From assembly GCA_000934665.2 (NCBI GenBank), contig KZ538040.1:62001-126000 (forward strand): a DNA stretch of 64,000 bases, written 5' to 3'. Source of the stretch: Catajapyx aquilonaris (taxonomy: Eukaryota). Position numbers and translations under genes: made by a program. A model generated the notes under the pieces. That model searched no databases, was not told where the DNA came from, and saw only the letters and a program-made list of their open reading frames with translations. Position 1 is the stretch's first letter. Every line of letters starts with the position of its first letter. This document shows, piece by piece, positions 26,360 to 39,095 of the stretch.

Positions 26360-27809
26360 GCCTTTCATTTACTCTCGGCCTCTAGGGGAATAAACTAAGC
26401 CTGATTTTTTCTATCTCGAAACATATTGTATAGACCCTGCACCAAATAGTAGTGTCTCTCCTTATTGGGCACAACCAGTTCGTTAAAAAAGAAGTATAAA
26501 AGCAAGCCTCCTCTCGCACAGAATGTAGAACTGGAAGCCTTCTCTTGGTACAAAAGGCTCCTTTATCTGGCAGGCCGGGCTCATTTCCTCTCTTCTCTCT
26601 CTCTCTTCCAGCAACCCCCCCATCTTATATACTACCACCCTTAAAAAATTGTCAGCCCTCACTCTTTTCCTTCCTCCGGTTCTTGGCTAGAGTTGCTGTG
26701 GCAGCCACCGGCAGCTAACAAGCTGGCAAAAGCCCAGATGGGCGACAGTCATTAGCAACGGTGGGGACAAATTCGGAGCTCCTATACAGAGTGATCCTCA
26801 CAGAAAGAGGAAAATCTTTCTGTTATTTGCCAGCTTAACCTGCACAATGGTCGTATCTCTCATTATTTCGTTTTTGTAAAAAAAATATCTTTGTCATCTT
26901 TATTAACTTCTCTAGGAGTTAACCGCTCCCCAAATTTTTTTTTACGATTTTTTACATTCGGCCCCCCTCTCGACCTGGGTCATTTTGTAGACCCTAACCG
27001 TCCGTCAACTCTCGGTTGGGGGTAGTAAACACACCCCTCAGAGGGGGGTATGCCAGATGATGCTTTAATTGGTGGATTGTTGATGGGAGCGTGCCGAGAC
27101 TTTTGTTGGAAAAGCTTTATTTTTTTCTGTTGTGGGTGGCCTCAACTCTTCTTCTGCTGCAACATTGTTAACTTTTAGAGTACTCTCGTGGTTGTCATCA
27201 CGATGCGGCTGGCCATTTTTTATTCGGGGGGGNGAGTGTCAGGGTCCTCACTTGCCACTGTTAATTAGTCGGGTGATATACCGCATATCTACGCAGATTC
27301 AATTGTGGCGCGGTTCATTTACCCGCAGCTGCAAACCCTCATTGGCAACTTTTCAAACTGCAATCCAACCCCCACAGCCATATTTATGGCCCTCCAACCC
27401 ACCCCCACCAGGACACACAACCCCCCGAAAAAATTATATATAGCCATTATCTCAATTATACGCGCCTGATAACAGAATAACATGTTGGCACTCACCCAGC
27501 AAATGGTCCTGGGTTCGATCATGAACCTGCAAGAAGATCAGTATGCACTGCATATATAGGGTTGAAATTATAGCCTTATACGTGCATCAGCTAACGCTAT
27601 AAAAACGGCTAATGTAAAAAATATCAGTTGCCCTATATTGGTCTTATTCTATAGCAACTGCTATATTCGACCACCTTCTGCATGCTGGGAGTAATGGGGG
27701 CAATTGATTAGGAACACAACAAGCTACAAAAAAATAACTACTTCGGGCAATAACAAAAGTGACCCTCGATCTTGGAACACCCTGTGTATAGCAGCTGAAT
27801 CTAGCAGTT

Positions 27810-28131
27810 TTTTTTTGCTGTTAACCCCGTAGGCCGTGGGCCCTTTCACGGGGGTGGAATACCACCATTTAGCTCATTTTTTCTGAATTAACTTCAATTT
27901 CCGGTGCAAGATCGCAAGGACGTAGGGTAAGGACAGGGATTTTCGGGGAGGGGACACGGGTGCAGGTGCAATGTCTCAATAATGGGTGCAGTCCCCCAGG
28001 AGGTTAAGTTGCCAGACACCTCCAAGGTGCAGGTCAGAGGCCCTCCCGACGCAGGCGAAAGGGAACTCCCAGGCGGGCATCGAACCTTCAGCAAGCCGAG
28101 AGGTTACCATCTCGGCCACAACACCTCCCCA
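27810..28131 (-). mobile_element. tRNA-derived SINE, about 320 bp, with short A tail and TSD
   Basis: The minus strand reads gtggccgagatgg (A box) then ggttcgatgccc (B box). T9 at 27808-27816 is the A tail. The direct repeat aatctagcagtt lies at 27798-27809 and 28132-28143. Confidence 0.8.
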
Positions 28132-29060
28132 AATCTAGCAGTTAGTTTAGCAATAACGCTAAATTGATGTAGCGGCTAAATCTAGCAGCTAGTTATACCA
28201 GTAGCTTTAGATTGATGTACAGCGGCTTTTTGGCGTGATCACTTATTACTCGTTGTGCCTGTTTGGAAATCCCCTGCGGAGGGGTGCTGCGCGCATACCT
28301 GAGCCGACGAAGGCTTTTATTAATAATAATGAGGCAGTAGCTGGGTTGGAACCGATTAAGCACATCGAGTGGAACAAAAGGAAGCGCCTTAACGCCCGGC
28401 TCTAAATCTTGGCTCCAAAACGCGGTAAGATGGCGGCCGGGGGAATTTGGGGGAGGAAGTAGCCTCCCAACGATGGAGCCGGAAAGAGCTCATAAAAGGG
28501 AATTAATAGTTTTTCCTTTGATTGGGGGAGAGAGAGAGGAAGAAGCGAGGTGCACCCAGCCTGTTGAGTGGAGCTCCCGGTTATATATCCCCCCACAGTT
28601 TGCGATACATTTACGCCGGTCTTAAAAGCGCGTCCAAATGCGCCGCCGGGTGTCGCTCGAGGGAATTCCTGCGCCTCTGACGGGGGGGCCTGGACAATTT
28701 ACGAGGTCGTAATTAAAATTGGGAAAGGCATCCGGTTAGGGGAAGACGCAGCACACGCGACCCGTCCACCATTTTTTCTTAAATGGACGGTGGTACCAAA
28801 TCTCTCACATAGATGGCGCATCTCCGCTCACACTACTGATGACTCCCCGCGGACAGTTCCATTATAAGATTTACCCTAAATTCGCTATACACCTGCAGCT
28901 CTGTTGTCCAAAAATGAGCTGGCACAATCTCACACCACCTGGCACAATCTCACCACGTTAGACGTAATATTAAGTTAATAAAGTTAAGAAATATTATCAA
29001 GGTAATTATTAAGTTAATGTATTAGTTAATATGAGTCAGTAGCTGATATATTAGTCAATA

Positions 29061-29267
29061 CAGGGTGGTCCAAGTTCAAGTGTCGTTTTATAACGGCGAT
29101 TAATAGAAGCGCTTAACGATGACGTAGCAGCGACGTGTAAAATTTCCCAATTCGATCGCGCCGAAGATGCGCCGAAGTGGGACATTTTACGCGTCGCTGC
29201 TACGTCATCGCAAAATCACTGCTATTAATCGCCGTTATAAAACGACACTTGAACTTGGACCACCCTG
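29061..29267. mobile_element. Tc1/mariner-type MITE, 207 bp, TA target-site duplication
   Basis: TA-cagggtggtccaagttcaagtgtcgttttataacggcgattaatag ... ctattaatcgccgttataaaacgacacttgaacttggaccaccctg-TA; the arms stay largely complementary further inward. Confidence 0.92.
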
Positions 29268-30620
29268 TATATCAGTTAATTATTAGGTATATATTAGTCA
29301 GTAGCTGATATATTAGTCAATATATCAGCCTAATCGGTTAATATATCAGTTACTTTCTTAGCTAATATTAAGTTAATATGCTGTGCGATATGGTTCATAC
29401 TGTAATATAGGTAGGAACTGGCTGGTTGTATTCAGTCCGCCAAGAAGTGTTTACTGGCAGTTTATTTTTGGAAGGAACCGAACCTGATTAGGTGCAATGG
29501 CTTGAAAGGTATATCCTGACGGCTTCATTCCCTTCTTCTCACACTGGTCACGCCAAAAACTGGCAGAGTTTTCCAATATCAACCGGGGCCGTTCTGTTCA
29601 CATCGGTGCTGAAAAGGAATGAAGAGGGGCGGGGGGAAAAGTGCATGGAAAGCGCCATCTTTCGAGAGGAAAAAAAGGGGAGCCGAATCAGGTTGTTTGC
29701 AAGGCTTTTCAGGTTCGCAATGATTGCTACTTGCGACATAGCTTGTATAGCCGCACCTCTTTTTTTTTTGAAGCCCGTTTTTACGGAGATTCTGTGATGA
29801 GATGGATAACAAGTCCATTGGGTCCATAGGGAGAGAAAAAAAAACATGGATTTCCACTCTGAATTCGTATGTTGAATATTTTTTTCCTCAAATTTTTTAA
29901 GGCGGGCCAGGTGAGATAAATGATCGATATCCTCATAATCCAAAGCGGCAGCTCGTGTGCTAGAAAAAAAACTGGGGAAGGAAAAGTTGGGGCTGTCTAA
30001 AAAGTTGGCATCATCAGTGAACTTGAGTTAGAGGCGGGCCATCATGGAGAGGGTGCCTTTGAGTTGATTAAAACTAAAAACCGTCCCCACGGCCAAGTTT
30101 CTCGGCGGGATTCTCCACCACGCCTGTTTTGGCAAGCCTCACTTTTATGAAAATTCCTACTTTTTTTTTTTTTTGGGAGGATGCGGAGGCCATTAATCAG
30201 CAGCAATCAGAGGTGAAGATTATCTTCAACTCATTTGCCGAGGGTTCTATTTCACCTTATGAGATGCTGCTGGGGCCTAAATAAGAATAGAGTGGGGACG
30301 GAAATTTCGCTTTGTAATCAACAGGAGCAACTGTTGGGGTTGGCAGAGACCAAACTCTTGACAGGTGTGTCTACACTCGTATGAGGAAGAAGGTACTAAT
30401 GTTGCAGGATGACGTGGCAAAGTCATGAGAATAAACAAACAGGGCATCATCATGCAAAGTTGGGGGGTGTCGCCCGGACACTCATTGGACAGGCGCAGAT
30501 ACAGATTGAGATACATGCATTACCTATCGCAACATTTCCATGTAAAAGGGTTGGTCAGTGATATGTTTTTGATTAGGGTAAATTTTGTCCGCCTTATACT
30601 TGTTAGGAAATGAATGAACG

Positions 30621-31070
30621 TTATTAACTACTATTTCAACTACTATTGTAGCAACTATTAACTACTGTTTTAACTACTATTGTAGCAACTATTAACTACT
30701 GTTTTAACTATTATTTCAACTATTAACTACTATTTTAACTATATTATTTCAACCATTAACTACTACTTCAACTATATTATTTCAACCATTAACTACTACT
30801 TTAACTATATTATTTCAACAATTAACTGTTATTTTAACGGCTACTTAATTTCTATTTTAATTGCTATTTTAACAGTTATTTTAGCTGCTATTTTAAGTTA
30901 TTTTAGCTGCTATTTTAAGTTATTTTAGCTGCTATTTAACTGATAGTTTAAGTTATTTTAACAATTATTTTAACAATTATTTTAACAATTATTTAGCAGC
31001 TATTTAAACAGTTATTTAACTGTTATTTAACTGTTATTTGAATAGTTATTTTAACTGTTATTTTAAACTG
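30621..31070. repeat. AT-rich degenerate minisatellite (aactactatt / aacagttatttt)
   Basis: Many short variant units. Confidence 0.75.
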
Positions 31071-32901
31071 GGTTAAACAATATGGCAAAGCTCCCAGTGT
31101 GGCCTAGGCGAAACTTGCCCCATTGCCCACCACTATGAGGTATTATAATGCCGGCCTGGTTACGTCCACCTTCCTGTCACCACCTACCGAAGATACGGCC
31201 TTGTTTTTAACCTGGCATAAATCCGGCGCAAGTTACACCGGTGCCTGGGAATGTATGCAGCAGTCGGAGCAAAATTGGGGTGGAAAGCCCCACAACCCCA
31301 GCAGCAGCACCACCCCATACTATACTACTACACACAGGGGCGGAAAACCCGATTTATAGTTGAAACAGACTCGAGCGACGTGTCCTTTTCGAGGCTCATA
31401 AATTCACCAAGAGCCCATCAGAGGCAGGCTTGTAGCATCACCAGCTTGTAAATTCATCCGGATTAAATCCGGGGGACCCTGTACCAACCTCGCACATTTG
31501 ACACGGGGAATGTGCCGTATGGAAATAATAATCTAATGTAGCGGCTTACATCCTGATTTAAATTTCAAAAAAAACTGGGAGCGGGGGAGAAAAAAATCCA
31601 TTTACTAGAGAGCCCTTTTAAGAGAGCGGGATTTGTTTTAAAGAATAATATTATTAATATGGACGCGGGCTTCTGTCCTACATATTTATAATAGCTGAAA
31701 GCGGTCAACTCAACGAAAAAAAACTGGGACTGTATTAGTATGCAACGTCGCTTTGCATGAGCCGAAAAGCGAGCGGTTTTCATTTGCATAATCCTTGTTA
31801 ACAAAAAAAAAACGAGGAATCAGAGAATGCCGACACTTTGCTTCTTTTTTGAGGAAAAAAAAATTGTTATGAACTTGTTTCTGCAGCCTACCCATGTCTG
31901 GTAGAATTTTCTGACTGTTCGTGTTTCTGTTTACAAAGTGGCTTACATTGATTTGTTCCCAGAATTAATGGTGGCTCTAGGCAAAGTTGGGGAGGATTTT
32001 TTTTTTAAAAAAAATCCAGGGAAACATAAAGAAGGAAGGTCCCCTTTTTTGGTGGTTACAAAAGAGGATGATCTAATAATGGATGGGTAATATTGATGGA
32101 GGGCGTTGTCAATTGATTGGCTTAATGGGACTTTTGGGGTGTCTAATTACACGGACCAAGATTGTGCTTTTTTTTTACGTGACGCCAGGAATGGCAATTA
32201 GGTGAAACTGGTTAGTCCCTTCTGATGCATATAAAATGCTACCAACTTTGATATAATAGATTCGAACGCGCCCATTTATTCAGCTCGTAACCTGATCTGA
32301 CAAGGAAATCACGTAACTGATATGAAAGTGGGCATGATAATGCCCAATGTTTCAGAAGCGCAATTTCCGCCCATATAAAAACGACATCCTTGCCCTGAAC
32401 AACAGAAGGTTGCTTCACTTTCGTGTTATTTACTAAATGCATCTATACTATTAAAAATCATTGTGATGTTTGATCAAGGCTTCCGATTGGTATCCGTCTG
32501 CGACTGCGCAAGGGAAGGAGCCACGACGCGCGCAGGGTGAGGCAGCGCCTCTGGTGGGTGGGAGGAGGTACTATTCATTTGCTTTTCTTTAATTAGTTAC
32601 TTGTTGGAATATCTGTACCTATTAGTATCATAAATAATATTTTAATTTGTCTATTTCTACCACCTCAGTGATTAGTGAAGCTATATCGAGTAACGTATGT
32701 ATTGCAATTTTTTGCCCAATGCGCATGCGTCCTAACAAAAAACCTTCCGGTGAGTAATCAGCAAAATCAACGTCCAAGGCAAACACCGTAAGCGAATCTT
32801 CTTAACATCGGCAAACGTCAATCCAGCCTCCCCCCGACAAGTCACCTATCATGTTATCCATTGTTTTCTCTTCTTCCCCCCCCCCCCCCCCCCCCCCCCC
32901 C

Positions 32902-33079
32902 NNNNNNNNNNNNNNNNNNNNNNNNNNNNNNNNNNNNNNNNNNNNNNNNNNNNNNNNNNNNNNNNNNNNNNNNNNNNNNNNNNNNNNNNNNNNNNNNNNN
33001 NNNNNNNNNNNNNNNNNNNNNNNNNNNNNNNNNNNNNNNNNNNNNNNNNNNNNNNNNNNNNNNNNNNNNNNNNNNNNNN
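32902..33079. other. assembly gap flanked by poly-C (other gaps at 18355-18371 and 43296-43332)
   Basis: Runs of N. Confidence 0.99.
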
Positions 33080-35467
33080 CCCCCCCCCCCAATATTTTTT
33101 GGTGGGACATGCACGTGTTTCACATCCTCCACTTCTTGAAAAGGACCCCCAACGGACCCGTTGCAGCGTAAACATTTATTTTACCCGGAATTGGCCCGAA
33201 AACGAAAGGGCCGGTCTTAGTGATAAATGGCCGTCAAAGTAACGACGTGAAGCTAGTAGGGAGCCCTTCTCTTCGAAACTTTTTTTTTTCCCCCTTCTTC
33301 TTCTTCTTCTTCTTTCTCTCTCAGGGTTCCTCCTTTCTCTATGCGTAAGCTTTTGATAACAAGGTGGTTGGTTTCTGCCGTGGATAAATAATGATCCCTG
33401 TTGGCGTTATAAATGAGAGGTTGGCTCCTGATGGATGCGGGCTCTTGTCAGCTTAGTATGCGGCTGCATGAGTGACAAAAATGGGAAGCGCAAAGATCAT
33501 ATTTGGTTTGGACACGGTTTGCAGCCTGGAGCTGATGAAGATGTAAGCAGCACCCATATTGGGACGCTCATATATGTTACATGGAGTGCTGTATGTATCA
33601 TTGTAACAAAATATTGTATGGTGTATTTACATACTCATTTTATGACACCGCCAATCTTCATTATTTTAAAAGGCAACGCTTGTTTGTTTGTCCAGATGTG
33701 GTTACCTTGTCATAAATTCAAATCTGCACAATATCATAATTTGGCAATGCGAAGAACGGGCTCCGCTGCTAATTTTATTATCTCATAAAACTGGCAGACT
33801 ATAATTAGCAAATTTATTATGCCAGTTAGTATTAGTTATAGTACCTGTTGCTAGTTATTTATTATGACATTATATCGTTATAACATCATTAGGTATAAGT
33901 TATTTTATTGTACCGTTTATTAATCATTATAATAGTTATTGTTTATTACAAGAGCTATTGTTTACTATATAATAGTTATAAAATGTCTAATTACGCATTA
34001 TATATCACTATGTATCGAAATTCAATACAATACTCTGCAATGAACAATGCACTATACTCGTAGTCTGTGGTTGAAGCGATATTTTGGGGGCGTTATGATT
34101 GAAGACAGGGTTTTAATTGGTGAGCTGTGGGGTGCTTTTGATGAGACTTGGGAGTCACAGCTAGGCTGGCTGTGTGTACATCAATCACCAGCGAAAAACT
34201 ATCGATCTCTTGATATCAGGCAGGTTGGATCTCTTCAGGCCTTAGTTGGGGCAATAATGAGTGGAAATGGCTGCATCTCTGCAGAATTTCAATGGCTGCC
34301 AGCTGCTGCCTGTTATCTTGCTGCCTTGGCTCCAGAATTTATTTCCAATCAACACTTTTTTGGGGGAGGTGCAGGAAAAACAATGAAGGGGGGGGGGGGG
34401 NGGAACCTCGTGCTCTATTCAACCATTGAATAAAGAGCAGGATTGGTTGGTTTTGATCATGTGACCTGCCTGTATTTTTGGAAAAGCAATGGTAGGTTTT
34501 TGGAATGGCCATTGTTGCGATTGGCAGTTTTTGTGTTTCAGTTGGATCAACAGGCGCACTTAAGCGCAAAACAAACCTTTTATCTGCACTGGAATGTGAT
34601 GAGTTTAACCCAGATTTTGCGGATAGCTCAATTGGGGATTGTTGGCATTTGGATGGCAGGCAGACGCGGCATAATTTTTTGATCCGAACCAATCGATGTT
34701 TTAATATTCAACGGTGTTAATATATTAAAGAGGATGTGTACACATTGAGCTTCCGGTTCCCCTTCTCTTTGGAGCACATGTTTTGATTGACAGCCTCTGC
34801 TATTAGGTGGTCTAGTCGATATTTCTGTAAAGTTATATTAGGCCACCTAGAGCAGTGTGCTCGCTCGTGAACAACCTGTAACTGATGCGACGAGTGCACT
34901 GCCCTGTACAGGAAATGACATTTTTTTTTTCTTGATGCTTATCAGATCGTACCAAGTTGAAATGCAAATGACATTTAGCAGTCAAGTTATACCGATCCAG
35001 TTTTTGCAACATGAAACCCCTGTTCCTGTCCGCGATATATAGGAACGAAATCAGACTGGTTCCATCTCCCTAATCGAATTAAGTGATGGAGGCTTATCTG
35101 GGCATGTTAGCATCATATCCACTGGGCCGAATTGAACCGGAAGTCCATTCTCTATACATATATACCCATCTTGAAGAGAGAAGGTTCCTCCACATCCTCC
35201 CCCCCTTTTTTTTCTTCCTCGGTCCAATTGTTGAGGATGACTTGCGGATCCCTGAAGGGGCAGTGCTGAGATTGTCTGGATCGTGGAGAGGAAAAAAAAG
35301 TTTTCTACTGGGGAAATTGAAAGAAGGGTGGTTTGAGTCTCGGTCCTGAAAGTAATATCCGTTCGATTTCTTGCAACGGGAAGCGGGCCTGAGTGAAGAA
35401 ACGTTTGTCCAGAACGGAACAATATGCATAGATCTCGGTTGGAGTTGTTCATTACTCGTAAGTGCTT

Positions 35468-36100
35468 GTCAATAGCAGTTTAGCTGCTAGTTTCAGACAC
35501 TATTTTCAGCCCTAGACGTGATTGCTGTTATCTTCGGAAGTAACGGCTAGTTTAAGCTGTTGTTTTCGACCCCAGACGATATTCGTGTTATCTTAGGAAA
35601 AGTAGCTGCTAATTTAAAGTGCTGTTTGTCAATAGCTGTTTAGCTGGTCGTACAAAGGGCTATTTTCAGCCCCTGATGAGATCGCTGTTTTGAACAGTAG
35701 CTGCTAGTTTGAAGTGCTATATGTCGATAGCAGTTTGGCTGCTAGATTAAAGTCGATATTTTCAGTCCAGACGAGATAGCTGTTATATTGGGAAGGAGCT
35801 GCTACTTTTAATGGTTTTTTTGTTAATAGTAGTTTAGCAGCTTGTTTAAGGTGCTATTTTCGGCCTCAGACGATATTTATGTGGTGTTCAGAAGCCGCTG
35901 ATACTTTCAAGTGTTGCTTATTGTCAATAGCAGTTTAACTGCTAGTTTAAGGCACTATTTTTAGCTCCATACTATGTCGCTGCTGGGCGGAAGTATCTGC
36001 TTGTTTTATAGTGTTGTTTGACAATAACAGTTTAGCTGCTAGTTTAAGGCGCTATTTTCGGCCCCAGACAATATTGCTGTTGTTATGGGAAGTAGCTGTT
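35468..36100. repeat. degenerate tandem array, about 100-bp unit
   Basis: gtcaatagcagtttagctgctagttt..g..ctattttc.gcc..agacg recurs at about 35468, 35628, 35723, 35822, 35923 and 36020. Confidence 0.8.
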
Positions 36101-36789
36101 AGTGTACAGGGCTATTTGCATCCCAGTCGAGATCATCATCATATTTCGCAATGGCAGCGACCAAAATCGCGACGTCTTCTGCTGAGATCCAATCTGACAA
36201 CAGGAAGGCAGAAGTCACGACCGACCGTTGTCCAGATGGATTGCTTCTTACATATTCGAGTTCGGGACCACCCACCGTGGGTGCTGGACATATAGCAAAA
36301 AAAGAGAAGGGGGCGTTGATGGGTCTGCCACCGCGGATGTCGCCTTGACAAAAGACCAAAGTGCATCACACTCTCCCCTCATCACCACCCAACCATAAGC
36401 GATGGGGTCCTAATAAATAAGCGATTGGACTTAATGGGACTGGAGGCCTTTCCTGGTCATGACTCTGGGCCTCATGAAAATGCGCCTTCACCCCCATTTG
36501 TCAGGAGGGTTGCTTCCCTATAGGGGGGGAAAACTTTCAAAAAAAAAAAAACAACTAAAGAGAGGATAGTCCTCTGCCATGCTTTTCGAGTTGTGACCTG
36601 TTCCGGACCAGTGGGTTTGTTGGCCTGTAATTCGATTCGGAGATGCCCCCTTCTCTGCACCATAGTCACGACCGCCATTGTGCATCATCACGACCTTTAC
36701 CTGATTGCACGGAGTCATTACAGGCGGGGTCACAAGTGGTGACCACCTGGAAGTGCAGCACGTGCAGGCGATAACCGCTCGAGTCATAT

Positions 36790-37290
36790 CAAACAGCGGC
36801 TATTTTAACGGCCAGTTATAAATAGCGAATTCAAATAGCTGTTATTTTAACACTCAATCAGAAATAGCAGTTATTTTAGCAGTCAATTTGAAATAGCTGT
36901 TCTTAATGATTAAGAATAGCTGTTATTTCATCGGCCAATTCTAAATAACGGGTTGGAATAACTGTTATTTCATCGGTCAATTCTAAATAACTGTTTGGAA
37001 TAGCTGTTATGCTAACTATTTAACAGAAATAGCTGTTATTGTAACAGTCGACTATAAATAGCTGCTATATTGCCGATTAAGAATAGCTGCTATTCCACTG
37101 GTCAATTAGAAATAGCGGGTTCAAATAGCTGTTATTTTAACCGCAATCAGAAATATTAGTTATTTTTACAGTCGATTAGACATAGCTGCTATTTTGCCGG
37201 TTAAGAGCAGCTGTAATTTCACTGCTCAATTATAAATAGCTGTTTCAAAATAAGATCAATTGTTATTGTAACGGTCGGTTACAGGAACTG
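36790..37290. repeat. degenerate minisatellite (aaatagctgttatttt)
   Basis: More than ten variants of aatagctgttatt. Confidence 0.75.
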
Positions 37291-38000
37291 TTTCTATAAA
37301 TACGGTATCTGTCAGTTAACTGTCTGGAAGGATCGCATTTTTCTTCAACGTCCCATATGGTGGATCGTTGACCCTCTTCCGGATACGTTAAATCCGGATT
37401 CCATATGAGACCCTGCCGGCGTCTGTGGTGTCGGTCCGGTATTCTAATATGTTTTATTCCAGCACTAAATCCTAGGCTAGGGTGGGGTGTAGGGGGTGGG
37501 GAGAGGAGTAGAGAGGAGGGGGGGGGGCGGAGAGAAAAAATGCCTTTGAAGCCGGGGGCACATATTTCGGCATCATTACGAAGAGACGTATGGCAAGGGC
37601 ACCAGTGATGACTTCCATCCGAAAAAGCTTTTCTTTCCCTGACTCACCCTGTCTTATAGGGGCCGCTGGAAGGTTTTAAAATAAGGGGTCGTTCGTATAG
37701 CGGTGTGTGTGTGTCTAATTTCCGCCTGCCGCTAACGAGAAATAATTAGCTCACATATTACCATCTTATCTAACCCACATCTGGACTCTAGAATTTAGGC
37801 GCAACAAAAAAAAAATTAAACCCCCTCCTTAATACGTAAATAACCAGCTGATTTATTATATTGGTGCACTCTTGCCGCCGCCGCAAGGAATGCGCATGCC
37901 TCCCAAAAAAAAAGTAATGCTAATCGCGCACGTGGACGCCGCCATATTTGGAGCCACAGGTTTGGGGACTTACGGGGTGCCTATCTTTTTCTTGTAGTAC

Positions 38001-38074
<74 letters not shown>
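38001..38074. repeat. (AGT)n microsatellite
   Basis: Perfect agt triplet run. Confidence 0.95.
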
Positions 38075-38252
38075 AAAGAAAAATAGGGTGGAATTTTCGT
38101 CACACTGCTAGTAAGCTACTCTACTGCTGACTTAGCAGTGTTCGGGATAGTTGCTGCTAAGTTAGCAGTAACTAGCAGTGAGACGAAATTTCCACACATA
38201 GTTATTAAAATGATAGCTATGACAATTAGAATGACTGATGTCAGAGTAACTA

Positions 38253-38410
38253 CAGTTGAATCCGGATATAACAGACATGAAAGGACCGCGAATATCAGTC
38301 TGTTATAGACAAATACACAGGCCATATGGAAGTCAGGCGGGACCAGCCTTTCGAGTCTGCTATAACCGAAAGTCTGTTATAACCAAAGCTGTTATATCCG
38401 GATTCAACTG
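38253..38410. mobile_element. pogo/Tigger-like MITE, 158 bp, 22-bp TIR, TA flanks
   Basis: TA-cagttgaatccggatataacag ... ctgttatatccggattcaactg-TA. Confidence 0.88.
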
Positions 38411-38630
38411 TATTGTAATCAAGTAAATAATAACTATTATACTGAAGTTATTTTACCAGTAACTATTATAAAGAAAAATACAAGTAGGCCTAGCTATTAT
38501 AATGAAATAAATAACTAGTGTAGCCAAAGGAAATAACTAATAACTATTATAGCCCTATGAAATCACTAATAACTATTGTCGTATAGCCTTAATAAAATAA
38601 CTAAACTGTTCTAAATGATAAAATTGGAAG

Positions 38631-39095
38631 TATTACGATAATATTGTAACTATTACGATAATATTGTAACTATTACGATAATATTGTAACTATTACGATA
38701 ACAACAACAACAACAACAACAGCATCACGACATTTCCCTATGAGGGGTAGTCAGCGATGAAGGGAGATGCAAGCTAACCCAACATATGAACTAATAAAAC
38801 ACATGAGAAAGAACCTAAAAACAACCTGTCCCACCCCCCACCCCTGCCCACCTCAGACATCACCTTATCCTCAGACGTATTTACCTATTTACCCATTAAT
38901 TAACCTACGCCATTTACACCTATCCAAACAAACAACCCTAGCCTCAGCCACGTCCATAACTTACGATAATATTGTAACTATTACGATGAAATAGTGTAAC
39001 TATTACGATGAAATAGTGTAACTATTACGATGAAATAGTGTAACTATTACGATGAAATAGTGTAACTATTACGATGAAATATTGTAACTATTATA
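38631..39095. repeat. 20/22-bp minisatellite (tattacgataatattgtaac / tattacgatgaaatagtgtaac) interrupted by a LINE fragment
   Basis: 20-bp units at 38631-38700, resuming at 38961 and then switching to 22-bp units. Confidence 0.85.
38701..38960 (-). mobile_element. 5'-truncated RTE-clade LINE 3' end with (TTG)n tail
   Basis: Minus strand 38960-38889 translates VMDVAEARVVCLDRCKWRRLING*, the '(E)A...C.DR..WR' C-terminus typical of RTE ORFs. A 3'UTR and (TTG)n tail (38701-38720) follow. Flanked by ttacgataa (38693-38701 and 38961-38969). Confidence 0.8.

Noticed and set aside
32802..33175. ORFs spanning N runs (also 42997-43569)
   Set aside because: They are open only because of assembly gaps and poly-C tracts.
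38961..39095. Regularly spaced short repeats as a CRISPR-like array (also 19507-20225 and 35468-36100)
   Set aside because: The units are contiguous or degenerate without unique spacers, the context is a eukaryotic intron, and there are no cas genes.
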